A DNA stretch of 64,000 nt from Candidatus Cloacimonadota bacterium (GCA_030626645.1 DAOUTP010000001.1:4719-68718), one strand, 5' to 3'; positions 21,899 to 31,619 are shown, numbered from the stretch's first letter. Notes: a model not told the origin generated them from the sequence alone. A program made the numbers and translations.

Positions 21899-22168
21899 GT
21901 GAATGTTTCTCAAAATGAATGGAAAAAACTTATTCAAATTATCTTTAAAAAACATAATTTTATTTGTGATAAATGTAACTCCACTCATACAAACAATAAC
22001 CCATTACATATACATCATATAGTATCATTTGAATCTAAAGAATTAAGATTAAATATTAATAATTTAATTTTACTTTGTAAAAAATGTCATACATGGGTAC
22101 ATAGTAAAAAAAACGTTAATAAAGAATATATTTTAACACATGATGGATTTAAAAACAAATTCAAGTAG
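21899..22168 (+). CDS. HNH endonuclease
   Basis: CDKC...HIHHIVSF...NNLILLCKKCHTWVHS is a Cys-box plus H-N-H motif. GTG start per track. Confidence 0.7.
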   Translation: MNVSQNEWKKLIQIIFKKHNFICDKCNSTHTNNNPLHIHHIVSFESKELRLNINNLILLCKKCHTWVHSKKNVNKEYILTHDGFKNKFK

Positions 22169-23281
22169 GGTAGAGAAATGGATTAATAAAATCCATTTAG
22201 GCACTTGTTTAGAAACAATCAAGCAAATGCCGGATAATAGTATAAACGCTATTATCACTTCTCCGCCCTACTGGTAAGGCAATTAAGGGATTACGGCTTT
22301 TCCGAACAATGGGGATTGGAACCAACATTTACCGAATATTTAGAAAATCTTTGGAGTTTGATGGATGAAATCTGGAGAGTGCTAAAAGATGATGGCTGTG
22401 TTTTTATTAATTTGGGTGATACTTATGGAACTACATCAGGTAATATAAAACAAGGAAATTTAGGAACAAATAAGATAAAATATACAGGAAGTATTGCAGG
22501 TTACAATAAATCTAATGTAAAACAAAAATGCCTTTTACTTATCCCTCACAGGTTTGCCATCGGTTGCTCGGATCGTGGGTGGATAATAAGAAACGACATT
22601 AAATGGCTGAAACCCAATAGTATGCCTGAAAGTGTAACCGACAGATTTTCAAAAAAGTCAGAATATTTTTTCTTTATGGTTAAAAATCAAAAATACTATT
22701 TTGATTTAGATTCAATACGTGATAAACAAAAACAGGTATCAATTGAAAGATCACAAAGAGGAATATCAGAAAATAACAAATGGATAGACGGACCCGATGG
22801 GCAATCTCCTCACACACTATCTCAACCCCGAACCAATCAAACTACTAAAATACCAAAAGAGCAAGCAGAAATGTTTGGAAGCCCAAGAGCAAGGTATCAT
22901 AGAAAATGTGATGAGACAGTAAAGTTTTTTAAAAAAAAGGGGTGTGGTGAAAATACTAATTTACCAGCAGAAAATCCAATAGGTAAAAATCCCGGAGACG
23001 TAACTCATTTTTGGGATTGTTCGGAAGATTGGATAATACCCACTCAACCATCATCAGCAAAACATTATGCAACTTTCAATAACAAATTGATCGAGAAACC
23101 AATCATAGCCGGTTGCACTGAAGGTGGTATAATACTTGACCCGTTTTGTGGCACCGGGACTACGCTTCTACGTGCCTATGAATTGAATCGTAAAGTGATA
23201 GGAATTGAAGGAAATAAAGATTACCACAAAATAGCTGAAACAAATTTGAATAATATGTTGAATCAAATGAAAATGTTCTAA
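22140..23281 (+). pseudogene. N4/N6 DNA methyltransferase interrupted by a frameshift at motif IV
   Basis: The frame from ATG 22140 gives ...KWINKIHLGTCLETIKQMPDNSINAIITSPPYW then TAA (22275-22277). Homology resumes in another frame as (L)RDYGFSEQWGLEPTFTEYLENLW...RVLKDDG and continues to ...DPFCGTGTT (motif I). The 8 nt between TGG and TTA AGG GAT TAC imply a 1-nt loss. Confidence 0.75.
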
Positions 23282-23282
23282 T

Positions 23283-23444
23283 ATGGGAAGAAGAAAAAAA
23301 GCAAAATTTAAAATAAACCAAAAAATCAAAGAAGGTAAAATATGTTATATAAAATATGAAAATCAGCAATGGAGATATTATTTAGAAACACATAAAAATC
23401 CTTTATTTGATAAATGGTGGAATGAAAACGAATTAGTGAACTAA
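23283..23444 (+). CDS. small basic protein (53 aa)
   Basis: Own reading: MGRRKKAKFKINQKIKEGKICYIKYENQQWRYYLETHKNPLFDKWWNENELVN. Fills the gap between genes. Below the track size cut-off. Confidence 0.45.
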   Translation: MGRRKKAKFKINQKIKEGKICYIKYENQQWRYYLETHKNPLFDKWWNENELVN

Positions 23445-23449
23445 AAGAT

Positions 23450-23782
23450 ATGATTAAAGTATATATAGCAAGCCCCTACACAAAAGGTGATGTGGCCATA
23501 AACGTAAAAAAACAAATTGACACAGTTGATGTTTTAATAAACAAAGGATTTGTTCCTTTTGCTCCTTTATATTTTCACTTCCAACATTTAGTTCATCCAA
23601 GGCCATACGAAGATTGGATTGAATTGGATTTAAAATGGTTAGAAGTTTGTGATTGCCTTCTCAGACTTTCCGGAAAATCAAAAGGAGCTGATAAAGAAGT
23701 AAAAAAAGCAAGAAAATTAGGATTACCAATATTTTATTCATTAGAAGACTTATACAAATTTTATCATGGAAACATTATTTGA
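23450..23782 (+). CDS. DUF1937 / nucleoside 2-deoxyribosyltransferase-like protein
   Basis: VYIASPYTKGD...GFVPFAPLYFHF...DWIELDLKWLEVCDCLLRLSG...ARKLGLPIFY matches my recollection of the DUF1937 family pattern (YLASPYS...SP..HS...D...L..CD.L.VL). Confidence 0.55.
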   Translation: MIKVYIASPYTKGDVAINVKKQIDTVDVLINKGFVPFAPLYFHFQHLVHPRPYEDWIELDLKWLEVCDCLLRLSGKSKGADKEVKKARKLGLPIFYSLEDLYKFYHGNII

Positions 23783-24074
23783 AAATCAAATAGGAGAAAA
23801 AATAACACCGATATTAGAAGAATTAGAGATGACCATTCTTGAAAATCAAATTAATCTTCCAAACCTGCCACCTAATTACCCAACAGAAGCCCTTCCGGCT
23901 GCCTGTGTGATACTTTCATCTGTAATAATGGATAAGATGTGGATATTACAAAAAAATGAAAAAATGACAGATAAGAATCGTTTAGAAATGGCACAATATG
24001 TTGGTACTGAATTAAGAAAATTAATTAAAGTAGCAACTGGAATTGATACACACAAAATTTTTAAAAATGAATAA
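23766..24074 (+). CDS. hypothetical protein
   Basis: 102-aa ORF overlapping the neighbours by a few codons, co-oriented. Confidence 0.6.
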   Translation: METLFENQIGEKITPILEELEMTILENQINLPNLPPNYPTEALPAACVILSSVIMDKMWILQKNEKMTDKNRLEMAQYVGTELRKLIKVATGIDTHKIFKNE

Positions 24075-24249
24075 TACTAAAACAACCAAAAAAATAAAAA
24101 AAGATTTTTTTGGAGAAATAACCGAAACAAAAGACAAATCAAGAGGATGTGAATCATGTCTTTACAAAAATTATGAAGATAATAATGCTTGTGATTATTG
24201 TATTGAACACAACAAAGAATACGAATATTACAAAATGATTGAGAAATAA
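24043..24249 (+). CDS. small Cys-containing protein
   Basis: Track ORF. ATG 24067 (MNNTKTTKK...) overlaps the previous stop as ATGA and is the likelier start. Contains CESC...CDYC. Confidence 0.55.
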   Translation: MIHTKFLKMNNTKTTKKIKKDFFGEITETKDKSRGCESCLYKNYEDNNACDYCIEHNKEYEYYKMIEK

Positions 24250-24271
24250 TTAGGATATTAAAAAATAGTTG

Positions 24272-24279
24272 TATCTTTG
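24272..24279 (+). promoter_or_regulatory. -7 box TATCTTTG
   Basis: Exact TAnnTTTG match 22 nt after the stop of 24043..24249. Confidence 0.45.
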
Positions 24280-24367
24280 CAAAAGAAAAAAATTAATATT
24301 ATGATGAAGTATTTTAAAATAAATATAAAAGCAAATTTTTTTTCTACTTTAATATATTTCATCATGG

Positions 24368-24399
24368 CCTTCTCTCTTAAAAAAGAGAAGGTTTTTTTT
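24368..24399 (+). terminator. intrinsic terminator
   Basis: CCTTCTCT-cttaaaaa-AGAGAAGG perfect 8-bp stem followed by T8. Confidence 0.65.
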
Positions 24400-24407
24400 A
24401 TATTAAT

Positions 24408-25175
24408 ATGGTAAATAAAAAATATTTAAAAAAAGTAGAAAAACAAATATCTTTCAGTTGTAATCTTTTACAAGAATACAGTGATAAAGCTACTTATGTA
24501 TATTTTTATTACTTCCTTCAATCGAAATTCAAAATCAATCAAATTTACAATTACTCACCGGAAAAACTCCATAAAATAACAAAAGTAAAGATCAACAGGA
24601 TCAGAATGTACATTTCATGGCTAAAAAAAGAAGGATGGGTAAAAATAGAAGATGGACATTTAAAAATTCAATCAGTAAATAGTTTAACAAAAAAAATATA
24701 TGATAATGAAAAACAAAAAACTTTTAAATTATCTTGCTTAAAAACATGGAGTTTTGAATACTTCTGTTGTCAGGTTCAGGCTGCAATCATAAAAATCAAT
24801 AACGACCAACAGGTTTTTAACAAAAAAATAAAAATCGGCAAAGGTCTCAAAAAACACGAAATAAAATATTTAAATTATAATAGAAATCGTATAGATTTAG
24901 AAAACGTTAAAGAGATTTTTAACAGCACCAGACAGATAGCAAAATTATTCAATAAATCACACACATGGGCAGCCAAAATTTTAAAAGAACTTGAAAAAAA
25001 CAGATTAATAAGAATAAATCATATAATAAAACCTATTCTTTATTTAACTGATGAATGTAAAAAGAAAAAAATCCTTCCCTGGTTAGAAGGATATACATTT
25101 TCTATAGATAATACTATCTTTAAACATGAAGGTACTTCTATAGAATACAAAGCTATTCTCATTACCTTCCCCTAA
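24408..25175 (+). CDS. putative DNA-binding protein (HTH-like)
   Basis: 255-aa ORF. The segment STRQIAKLFNKSHTWAAKILKELEKNRLI looks like a helix-turn-helix. Function not established. Confidence 0.6.
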   Translation: MVNKKYLKKVEKQISFSCNLLQEYSDKATYVYFYYFLQSKFKINQIYNYSPEKLHKITKVKINRIRMYISWLKKEGWVKIEDGHLKIQSVNSLTKKIYDNEKQKTFKLSCLKTWSFEYFCCQVQAAIIKINNDQQVFNKKIKIGKGLKKHEIKYLNYNRNRIDLENVKEIFNSTRQIAKLFNKSHTWAAKILKELEKNRLIRINHIIKPILYLTDECKKKKILPWLEGYTFSIDNTIFKHEGTSIEYKAILITFP

Positions 25176-25361
25176 ACTCTCTCTAAGTATTGTAAACCAA
25201 ACTAAAAATACATAAATCAATGAAGATCAGTAAACAACTTTTAAAAAGTATAATTTTACATCTCGAACAAAGACAAAATCAATATTACACAAAATATTGT
25301 GAATTTTTAATAAGAAAATTGAAAAATCTAAAATCATTTGACAAAAAAATAAACTCCAAAC

Positions 25362-25616
25362 ATGAAAACAAAAATCAAAGTAAAAGTTGAATCTTTGGTA
25401 ATTCTCCAAGATAAAGAAACAAAAGAATACATAACTAATAAAATTGAAAAGGAAGAAAAAGAAAATTTACAGCCAAAACTCGAAAAGCTCATTTCTGAGC
25501 ATGGTTTAGCCTTTTTAGCATCTGGAACATTAATAAAAGGAATGAATTACTATGTCTGTTTAGATAGGCTTATAATTGATGATAATGAAATAATAATTTT
25601 TTTTACAATAAAATGA
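25362..25616 (+). CDS. hypothetical protein
   Basis: 84-aa ORF, co-oriented. Confidence 0.5.
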   Translation: MKTKIKVKVESLVILQDKETKEYITNKIEKEEKENLQPKLEKLISEHGLAFLASGTLIKGMNYYVCLDRLIIDDNEIIIFFTIK

Positions 25617-25632
25617 AAAATAATTATTAACT

Positions 25633-25980
25633 TTGAAATTAAAAAAAGGAGATTCCATAACACTAAATAACGTTTGCGATGTAGAAATAACATGGTGTAA
25701 CGATGAATTAATGCAGGTTGCATATAAAGATATGACAAGAAGATTATTAAAAATTGATAATTATGTAATTACAAAAATGGTAGAAAAAAAATTAATTGAA
25801 ATAGGAAAATGGCTTGTAAGTGAAGGGTATGATTTAGACTTAAATGATGACTTTTGGATGGAAAATGAATATGAAATAAAAATTAGAGATTTAATAAATT
25901 TATTAAACGAATATGAAATACAAAAGGGTGCCAGTGGTATGGTATTGAATCATAAAGAATTTAGAAAATTAATTAAATAA
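25633..25980 (+). CDS. hypothetical protein
   Basis: 115-aa ORF, TTG start per track. Confidence 0.55.
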   Translation: MKLKKGDSITLNNVCDVEITWCNDELMQVAYKDMTRRLLKIDNYVITKMVEKKLIEIGKWLVSEGYDLDLNDDFWMENEYEIKIRDLINLLNEYEIQKGASGMVLNHKEFRKLIK

Positions 25981-26003
25981 TTATTAATAAAAATAAAATT
26001 AAA

Positions 26004-26279
26004 ATGGACACATGTAAACCAGTACAAGAACAAACAGTATTAGAAGGTCTTTTAAATGACCAAAAGGCAAACATTAATGAAGCACAAAAACAACATAAAA
26101 AACTAAAAGAATGTTGTATAAAACTTGGATGGAAAACCACACCATCTGTAGAAGACAAGAAAGAACAACTCCCTGAAATTTTTGCATTTATTGATGAGTA
26201 TCGCCATCAAAATATAGAAATGAAAAATATTTTAAAAGAAATATCATCTTTTAATGATTGGTTAAAAGAAACAATTTAA
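26004..26279 (+). CDS. hypothetical protein
   Basis: 91-aa ORF, co-oriented. Confidence 0.55.
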   Translation: MDTCKPVQEQTVLEGLLNDQKANINEAQKQHKKLKECCIKLGWKTTPSVEDKKEQLPEIFAFIDEYRHQNIEMKNILKEISSFNDWLKETI

Positions 26280-26339
26280 TTCCACAGGGGAGGCAATATT
26301 CATAATTTCATAACTTTCTAAGTCCTCCCCTTAATTAAT

Positions 26340-26522
26340 ATGAGAAGAAAAATAAGAACATGTCCTTTTTGCAAAAGCCCTGCAAAGACATTAAAAAGAA
26401 AAGAAAACGAAAAAATTTATTGGGACATACAATGTACCAACAATAAATGTTATTTAAAAGAAGGTGCCGGATGGTATCTTGACAAAGATCATGTAATAAC
26501 AATGTGGAACGACAGAAAATGA
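26340..26522 (+). CDS. Lar-family restriction-alleviation-like zinc protein
   Basis: 60 aa with CPFC...QCTNNKC...ITMWNDR, which is the Lar family layout (CPFCG...C..C...AWNRR) as I recall it. Confidence 0.55.
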   Translation: MRRKIRTCPFCKSPAKTLKRKENEKIYWDIQCTNNKCYLKEGAGWYLDKDHVITMWNDRK

Positions 26523-26728
26523 ATAGAAAAGTAAACTTCTGTACAGTCAAAAGACTGAAAAAAAGTAAAATCTGGTGCAAAGTCGGGAAATATAAAACCA
26601 TAGAAGCAGCCGAACAAGCCCTGAAAAATTTACCCGAGAATCATAGAATAATCCCATGGTTTAAGGGGACAGGGAAATGGATTTGTAATTGGGAATGGAT
26701 TAATATAATATTAAAAATTGGAAAATGA
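26504..26728 (+). CDS. hypothetical protein
   Basis: 74-aa ORF overlapping both neighbours by a few codons. Confidence 0.5.
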   Translation: MERQKMNRKVNFCTVKRLKKSKIWCKVGKYKTIEAAEQALKNLPENHRIIPWFKGTGKWICNWEWINIILKIGK

Positions 26729-27003
26729 CAAAATTAAACATGAAACCATTAGCAGACCGGGTTATTATTGAGCCCGTTCAAGTAGAAGAAAAAACTGCAG
26801 GCGGAATTATCATTCCTGATACTGCAAAAGAAAAACCGCAAAAAGGAATCATTCTTGCAATTGGTGAAGGAAAACAAGATGGACATATGACTGTAAAAGT
26901 TGGTGATATGGTTTTATATGGAAAGTATGCAGGAACAGAAATTCCTGTTGAAGATAACAATTACCTCATTATGCGTGAATTGGATATAGTTGCAATAATA
27001 TAA
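26725..27003 (+). CDS. groES: co-chaperonin GroES (Cpn10)
   Basis: [44 protein letters not shown]...[17 protein letters not shown] is a clear GroES signature. The likely start is the internal MKPLADRV (26740). Confidence 0.85.
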   Translation: MTKLNMKPLADRVIIEPVQVEEKTAGGIIIPDTAKEKPQKGIILAIGEGKQDGHMTVKVGDMVLYGKYAGTEIPVEDNNYLIMRELDIVAII

Positions 27004-27027
27004 TAATAAAGTATAAATTTTGAAACG

Positions 27028-27228
27028 ATGGAAATAAATAAACACCAAAAAACTGACGTAATTCTAAATATGGGAGGAGTTCCATTTATGACTTTAACTG
27101 AAAGTAAAATACCTAATACTTGGTATCACGAAGATTTAGATTACCTATTCCTATTAACATCAAAAGGTTTCAGAGTACATAAAGGAAGTAAAAAAACATT
27201 ATTTAAACAAGGGGTTGGTAGGCAATGA
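27028..27228 (+). CDS. hypothetical protein
   Basis: 66-aa ORF, co-oriented. Confidence 0.45.
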   Translation: MEINKHQKTDVILNMGGVPFMTLTESKIPNTWYHEDLDYLFLLTSKGFRVHKGSKKTLFKQGVGRQ

Positions 27229-27278
27229 AGCCTAATAATAGTATAGGAATTGGAAAATGACAAAAAAAGTAGAATATT

Positions 27279-27626
27279 ATGAGCAAAACAACTGATGAAT
27301 TTAAAATGTATCTAAATTCTATATTAAATAAAATAGATGATAAGATTCATAATGAAATTTGGAATAAATTAATTGAAGTGATTCTTGAGCAGGAGCAAGT
27401 TAAAATGATAGAAGGAAAATGCCCAAAAGATAACAGAAGCGAAAGACCTGTTTTTATTATAACGAACAATAAAAGAACATTAGTTATTGCTGATGGTAAA
27501 GGTGATTGTTATATGGTAGAGGGTCTTGACTTTTATAAAAAATTAGATACAAAGTGTTTGCCAAAAAATAAAGTAAACCCTGATGATTATGAGTTTGAAA
27601 GAGGGCTAAATGGTTTCGATTTCTAA
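27279..27626 (+). CDS. hypothetical protein
   Basis: 115-aa ORF, last gene of the plus module, convergent with the terminase gene. Confidence 0.55.
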   Translation: MSKTTDEFKMYLNSILNKIDDKIHNEIWNKLIEVILEQEQVKMIEGKCPKDNRSERPVFIITNNKRTLVIADGKGDCYMVEGLDFYKKLDTKCLPKNKVNPDDYEFERGLNGFDF

Positions 27627-27635
27627 TGCCACATA

Positions 27636-29927
27636 TTAATACCTTCGTTTCTTAAAATAAGTTTTAATATCACAGGATTCTTTTTTAATAGTAGTAATAA
27701 TCCTTTCACCAAACCTATTCTTTGAACCCATATATCCACCAGCAACACTCACAAACAAATCATAATCGGTAAGTTCTTCAACTCCTTTAATGTCTTTGCA
27801 CTGTTCCAAAATTTCAATGTGCATTTCTCTTGCACAATGAACTTCGATATAAGCCTGATGTTCTTCAAAGATAAGTTGAGGTTTATCTCTTATATTATAA
27901 AACCCGGGAGTTTTACGAACAGAACCATCAGGATTCTTTCCATACATCAAAAAACCATCATAGTTTCTTTCTACAAAATGATTCCATACCAAAGGAACAT
28001 TAATTTCCGGATACATCAAAGCACCAAAGAAAATACACATCATCAACATATCCTCAGCATAAACTTTTGGATTCGTGGGCCTCGACAAATAAGTACAAAC
28101 ATTTCGATAAGTTTGCCAATCCTTCACCAGAACATCATCCCCATCAACATTATAATCCCTTTCCATAAATACACTACCTGCTCCATCAGAAACCCTTTTA
28201 TGTTCTGTTTTCTGAAACATATAAGCATCACTTGAAGCTGTAAATCTCTCAGGATACATAGGAAAGTAAACAGTTTTCCAAATATCGTTAAACTTTATAG
28301 TATCTGTATATCGAAGATTACTTTTATCTTGTTCAAGGTCAAAACTAATCTTCCATCTACCATTAACATCATCAGTCCAAATAACTCTCGAATCAACAAT
28401 ACCACTTTCCCAACTAAAATTACCAGACCTTGTAGCTGTTTTATCAAATTGTAATTGTTTATATCTTTGGACTATATTTTTAAGATTCAATCCTGAACCA
28501 CCACCGGCAGAAATAAAACATTCTGAAAAATTCAAAGGATACAATCTAACATATTCCTCATAAGACTGCAAACTCTTAGGGTCATCGCTCGCAAGATAAC
28601 TTTCACGTTTGGTTTCATGGTATCGCCTTGCACCCATAAGCTTCCCTGATGAATCCCTGCGAGGCTTAACAAGTCTCCAAAGGTCATCTTCTGTCGGATC
28701 ATCAATAATAGACACACCAAAAATATCAACCATAAATCCGTCATCACCCGGAATAAAAAGATTATAAAGCCCTTTAGTAGTCTGTCCTAATTCGTTTCTA
28801 TTTTCATACATTGAACCATTACAGAGAGTTAAAAAGTTTGCACCTCCTTTAGATTTCATTTCTCCAACAGTAGAAGTATTGATAGCAATTCCAACAATTT
28901 CTCCATCCTGTGTAAGACATTGTTGTTGTACCATCCACCGTTTATCAACATTTTCAAGGGTAGTCTTGCCAACCTCATCATTATGAAGAACTTTAAGTTT
29001 CGTACCATCATAAAAATCACGATTTGCCGATGTAGCAAAATTTATTTTCGATTCCAAACCAATATCAATAGCTGACTGTGAACCTTTTTTGGTTACTCTT
29101 TGTGCTGGAACATCAAATAATATCTCTGTTTTAGGATTAGTAGAACCATCATAAATAGGTTTAAAGAAAAATGGAACTTTCTTCCATGGCCTAATAAGTT
29201 TTTCTTGAAATACTGTTTTTGCAGTTGGTTCATCCATGGCCTGAATACCACCATTGACTTCCAACATACAAGAAACCTCAAAATAATTAATACAACAAGC
29301 TTTATATGTAGCTCCTTCACGTCTATGTTTAGGATAGTTAAATCCATAACATACACGTTCTTTCATATCAATTAAATATTCCCCTCTTGTTATTTTTGCT
29401 TTTACATTGTTATTAGTTTGAAATGTTTCTGCTGCTTTTTCTGTAGAAAAATAATAATCAAATGACTTAGAAGTAATCTTAAACTGATAAAAAGCCATTG
29501 TATCAGTATAACAAAAGCGTGCAAACAAAAAGAATTTTCTGTCTCTATCTCTATACTTAGGAAGTCCACAATCTAATTTCCAATAATTTAGGTAACAATA
29601 ATGCCATCCATCAATATAAATAGCATTACCATTATTCATAAACCAATAGCCCTTTTTCCTTCTATCCCACTCCTGTCGGATAAAATCTATTTCATTACTG
29701 TAATATTCGGGATCGGCTTCCAGTGCATCATGGATTTCTTTAATTGTACCACATTCACGTTCTAACTTCTTTAACCTGTGAGGATAAATAGTATATTGGA
29801 ACATTTGCTCTTTAGTGGGTAATTCCTGTCCATCAATTTTTTTAGGTTCTTCAGGAAGAGGTATTTTTACCGGATAAAGTATCGAATCTCTATCATTTAC
29901 TATGAGATATTTTGTCTTCTTTGTCAT
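27636..29927 (-). CDS. terminase large subunit
   Basis: 763 aa. ATPase-like elements (HRREGATYKA Walker-A-like, KVLHNDEVGKTT Walker-B DE, INTSTVGE coupling motif) followed by an acidic C-terminal nuclease-like half. Size and location are typical. Motif assignment is from memory, not a search. Confidence 0.65.
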   Translation of the reverse strand: MTKKTKYLIVNDRDSILYPVKIPLPEEPKKIDGQELPTKEQMFQYTIYPHRLKKLERECGTIKEIHDALEADPEYYSNEIDFIRQEWDRRKKGYWFMNNGNAIYIDGWHYCYLNYWKLDCGLPKYRDRDRKFFLFARFCYTDTMAFYQFKITSKSFDYYFSTEKAAETFQTNNNVKAKITRGEYLIDMKERVCYGFNYPKHRREGATYKACCINYFEVSCMLEVNGGIQAMDEPTAKTVFQEKLIRPWKKVPFFFKPIYDGSTNPKTEILFDVPAQRVTKKGSQSAIDIGLESKINFATSANRDFYDGTKLKVLHNDEVGKTTLENVDKRWMVQQQCLTQDGEIVGIAINTSTVGEMKSKGGANFLTLCNGSMYENRNELGQTTKGLYNLFIPGDDGFMVDIFGVSIIDDPTEDDLWRLVKPRRDSSGKLMGARRYHETKRESYLASDDPKSLQSYEEYVRLYPLNFSECFISAGGGSGLNLKNIVQRYKQLQFDKTATRSGNFSWESGIVDSRVIWTDDVNGRWKISFDLEQDKSNLRYTDTIKFNDIWKTVYFPMYPERFTASSDAYMFQKTEHKRVSDGAGSVFMERDYNVDGDDVLVKDWQTYRNVCTYLSRPTNPKVYAEDMLMMCIFFGALMYPEINVPLVWNHFVERNYDGFLMYGKNPDGSVRKTPGFYNIRDKPQLIFEEHQAYIEVHCAREMHIEILEQCKDIKGVEELTDYDLFVSVAGGYMGSKNRFGERIITTIKKESCDIKTYFKKRRY

Positions 29928-29957
29928 TTGGCAAAGGTAAATAAATTATATTTAAAA

Positions 29958-30027
29958 GTTTTTTGTATTTGTTTTTTCAACAGAAAAATAGTCCAGGAAA
30001 AGTACGACGAGCTGACGGACTAAGATA
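29958..30027 (-). promoter_or_regulatory. conserved upstream element, copy E1
   Basis: Minus-sense CTTATCTTAGTCCGTCAGCTCGTCG...CTATTTTTCTGTTGAAAAAACAAATACAAAAAAC, about 30 nt upstream of the terminase ATG. Homologous to E2-E4. Confidence 0.6.
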
Positions 30028-30034
30028 AGAAAAA

Positions 30035-31492
30035 TCACAAATCAAATCTTAACTGTCTCTTTTTCAAACGACATCTAATAATTTCACAATATTCTTCATC
30101 CCTTTCAATAAGAATATAACCCCTACCAGTATTAATACATGCCAAACCGGTAGTACCAGAACCCGCAAAAGGATCCAAAACAACACCACCTGCCGGAGTT
30201 TTTGTTAAAAGACAAAGATATTCCATTAGTTTTAAAGGCTTAACTGTCGGATGGAAATTCTTCTTTAGAATATTAGTCCTGTTTCTGGGATTATCTCCAC
30301 CAACACCATCATCTACATTTTTATCTGCATGTCTCGTTGCTTCTAAATTTTCACATCCTGCATTACGTTCTGATTTAGAAGCCTTACAACAGTAAAAAAA
30401 CCTCGAAGCACCACCCAACCCCTTTGGTTCAGATGATTTCTTTTTAACCATAGAATAATCACCATAAATATCACCCTTCTTACTTGCACTCGGCTCATCA
30501 CCTGTTGTAGCACCTGCCTGTCCACATTTGTTTCCACTTTGTTCATCAAGTAATAAAGCTGCTTCTTCATCAAAGATTATGTTGGCAGGATAGCGGCCTT
30601 TTGTCTTTGCTGATTCTTCACACCTGTTATGATTTTTAATAATTTCATCAGTTGTAATCCTGCACCCATCAATATTTAATCCCGCAACTCCATGTTTCAA
30701 AGCATTCTCAGCATAAGTGCCATCATTGGGTTTCATTGCCACGATAATAGGCTCATAGGCAGGCTTTAATCCATGAGACTTCCATCCATCCCAAAGTTCG
30801 GCTTCAGGAGTAGAGGGAGCGGTTATATCAACATCAGTGGATTTATTATTATCAGTAAAAGCATAAGTTTTTCCACTTCCTAATCCTGATTGTTTTGTAC
30901 CTATAATCTTTCTTTCAGCCTCTTGTAAATTATCAAAAGGTAATTTTAAAAAGTTTTTAAGTTTATTATATTGCTCAACAGTTAATGATTGATTTCCACT
31001 TGATTTATTATACAACCATCCTGTCATACCACCTGTTTTACTTGGAAACAAAGCTGTTAACTCCTTTTTAGTGATTCCTTTTTCCTTTGCGATTTCTATT
31101 ACATAATCAATAAACCACTTCAAAGATTTTCCACCTTTTTTATCAAGTTGTTTAGAAATATCAGCAGCTTTCGGAAATCCCGAACCAAAAATCCACATCA
31201 TAGTATCTTTTAGCACAAATCCAGCATCCTCAACATTCACAGCCATCCGATGTTGAGTTCTTGTTCCGGCAAAGATTAATGCAGTGCCCCCGGGTTTCAA
31301 AACCCTGAGACATTCTTTCCAGATTTCTACCGAAGGAACATCGTAATCCCATTTTTTACCCATAAAAGATAATCCATATAATTATGGGGGATCGGTAATC
31401 ATGGTATCAATATGATTATCAGGAAGTTTTTTTAATTCTTCCTTGCAATCACCTTGAATGATTACCGATCCCAAAAAGTTTAATATTTTCAT
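30035..31492 (-). pseudogene. N6 DNA methyltransferase with in-frame TAA inside motif IV (DPP*LYG)
   Basis: From ATG 31492: MKILNFLGSVIIQGDCKEELKKLPDNHIDTMITDPP, then TAA (31382-31384), then LYGLSFMGKKWD... in the same frame, through to ...HPTVKPLKLMEYL...DPFAGSGTTG. Canonical enzymes read DPPYG, so a 6-nt TAA-containing insertion splits the motif. The track shows only the 442-aa downstream part. Confidence 0.75.
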
Positions 31493-31510
31493 TAATATTT
31501 TCTTAATTGT

Positions 31511-31591
31511 TTACCATTCAACAGAATTAGATTCTAAAGTTTTTAGAACCTCTTTATAATTACCCTGAATAATCTTGTTTTCTATTTGCAT
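31511..31591 (-). pseudogene. 26-codon remnant of an MTase N-terminus
   Basis: MQIENKIIQGNYKEVLKTLESNSVEW* resembles the N-terminal ...IIQGDCKEELKKLPDNHID of the gene just downstream. Confidence 0.4.
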
Positions 31592-31619
31592 ACTATTTAA
31601 AAGTTTGGTTATTAACTGA

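Noticed and set aside
31370-31392. I first read the MTase lesion as a perfect 12-bp palindrome (CCATAATTATGG).
   Set aside because: Re-reading gives CCATAATTATATGG, and only the inner ATAATTAT is palindromic. The claim was reduced to a 6-nt in-frame TAA-containing insertion.
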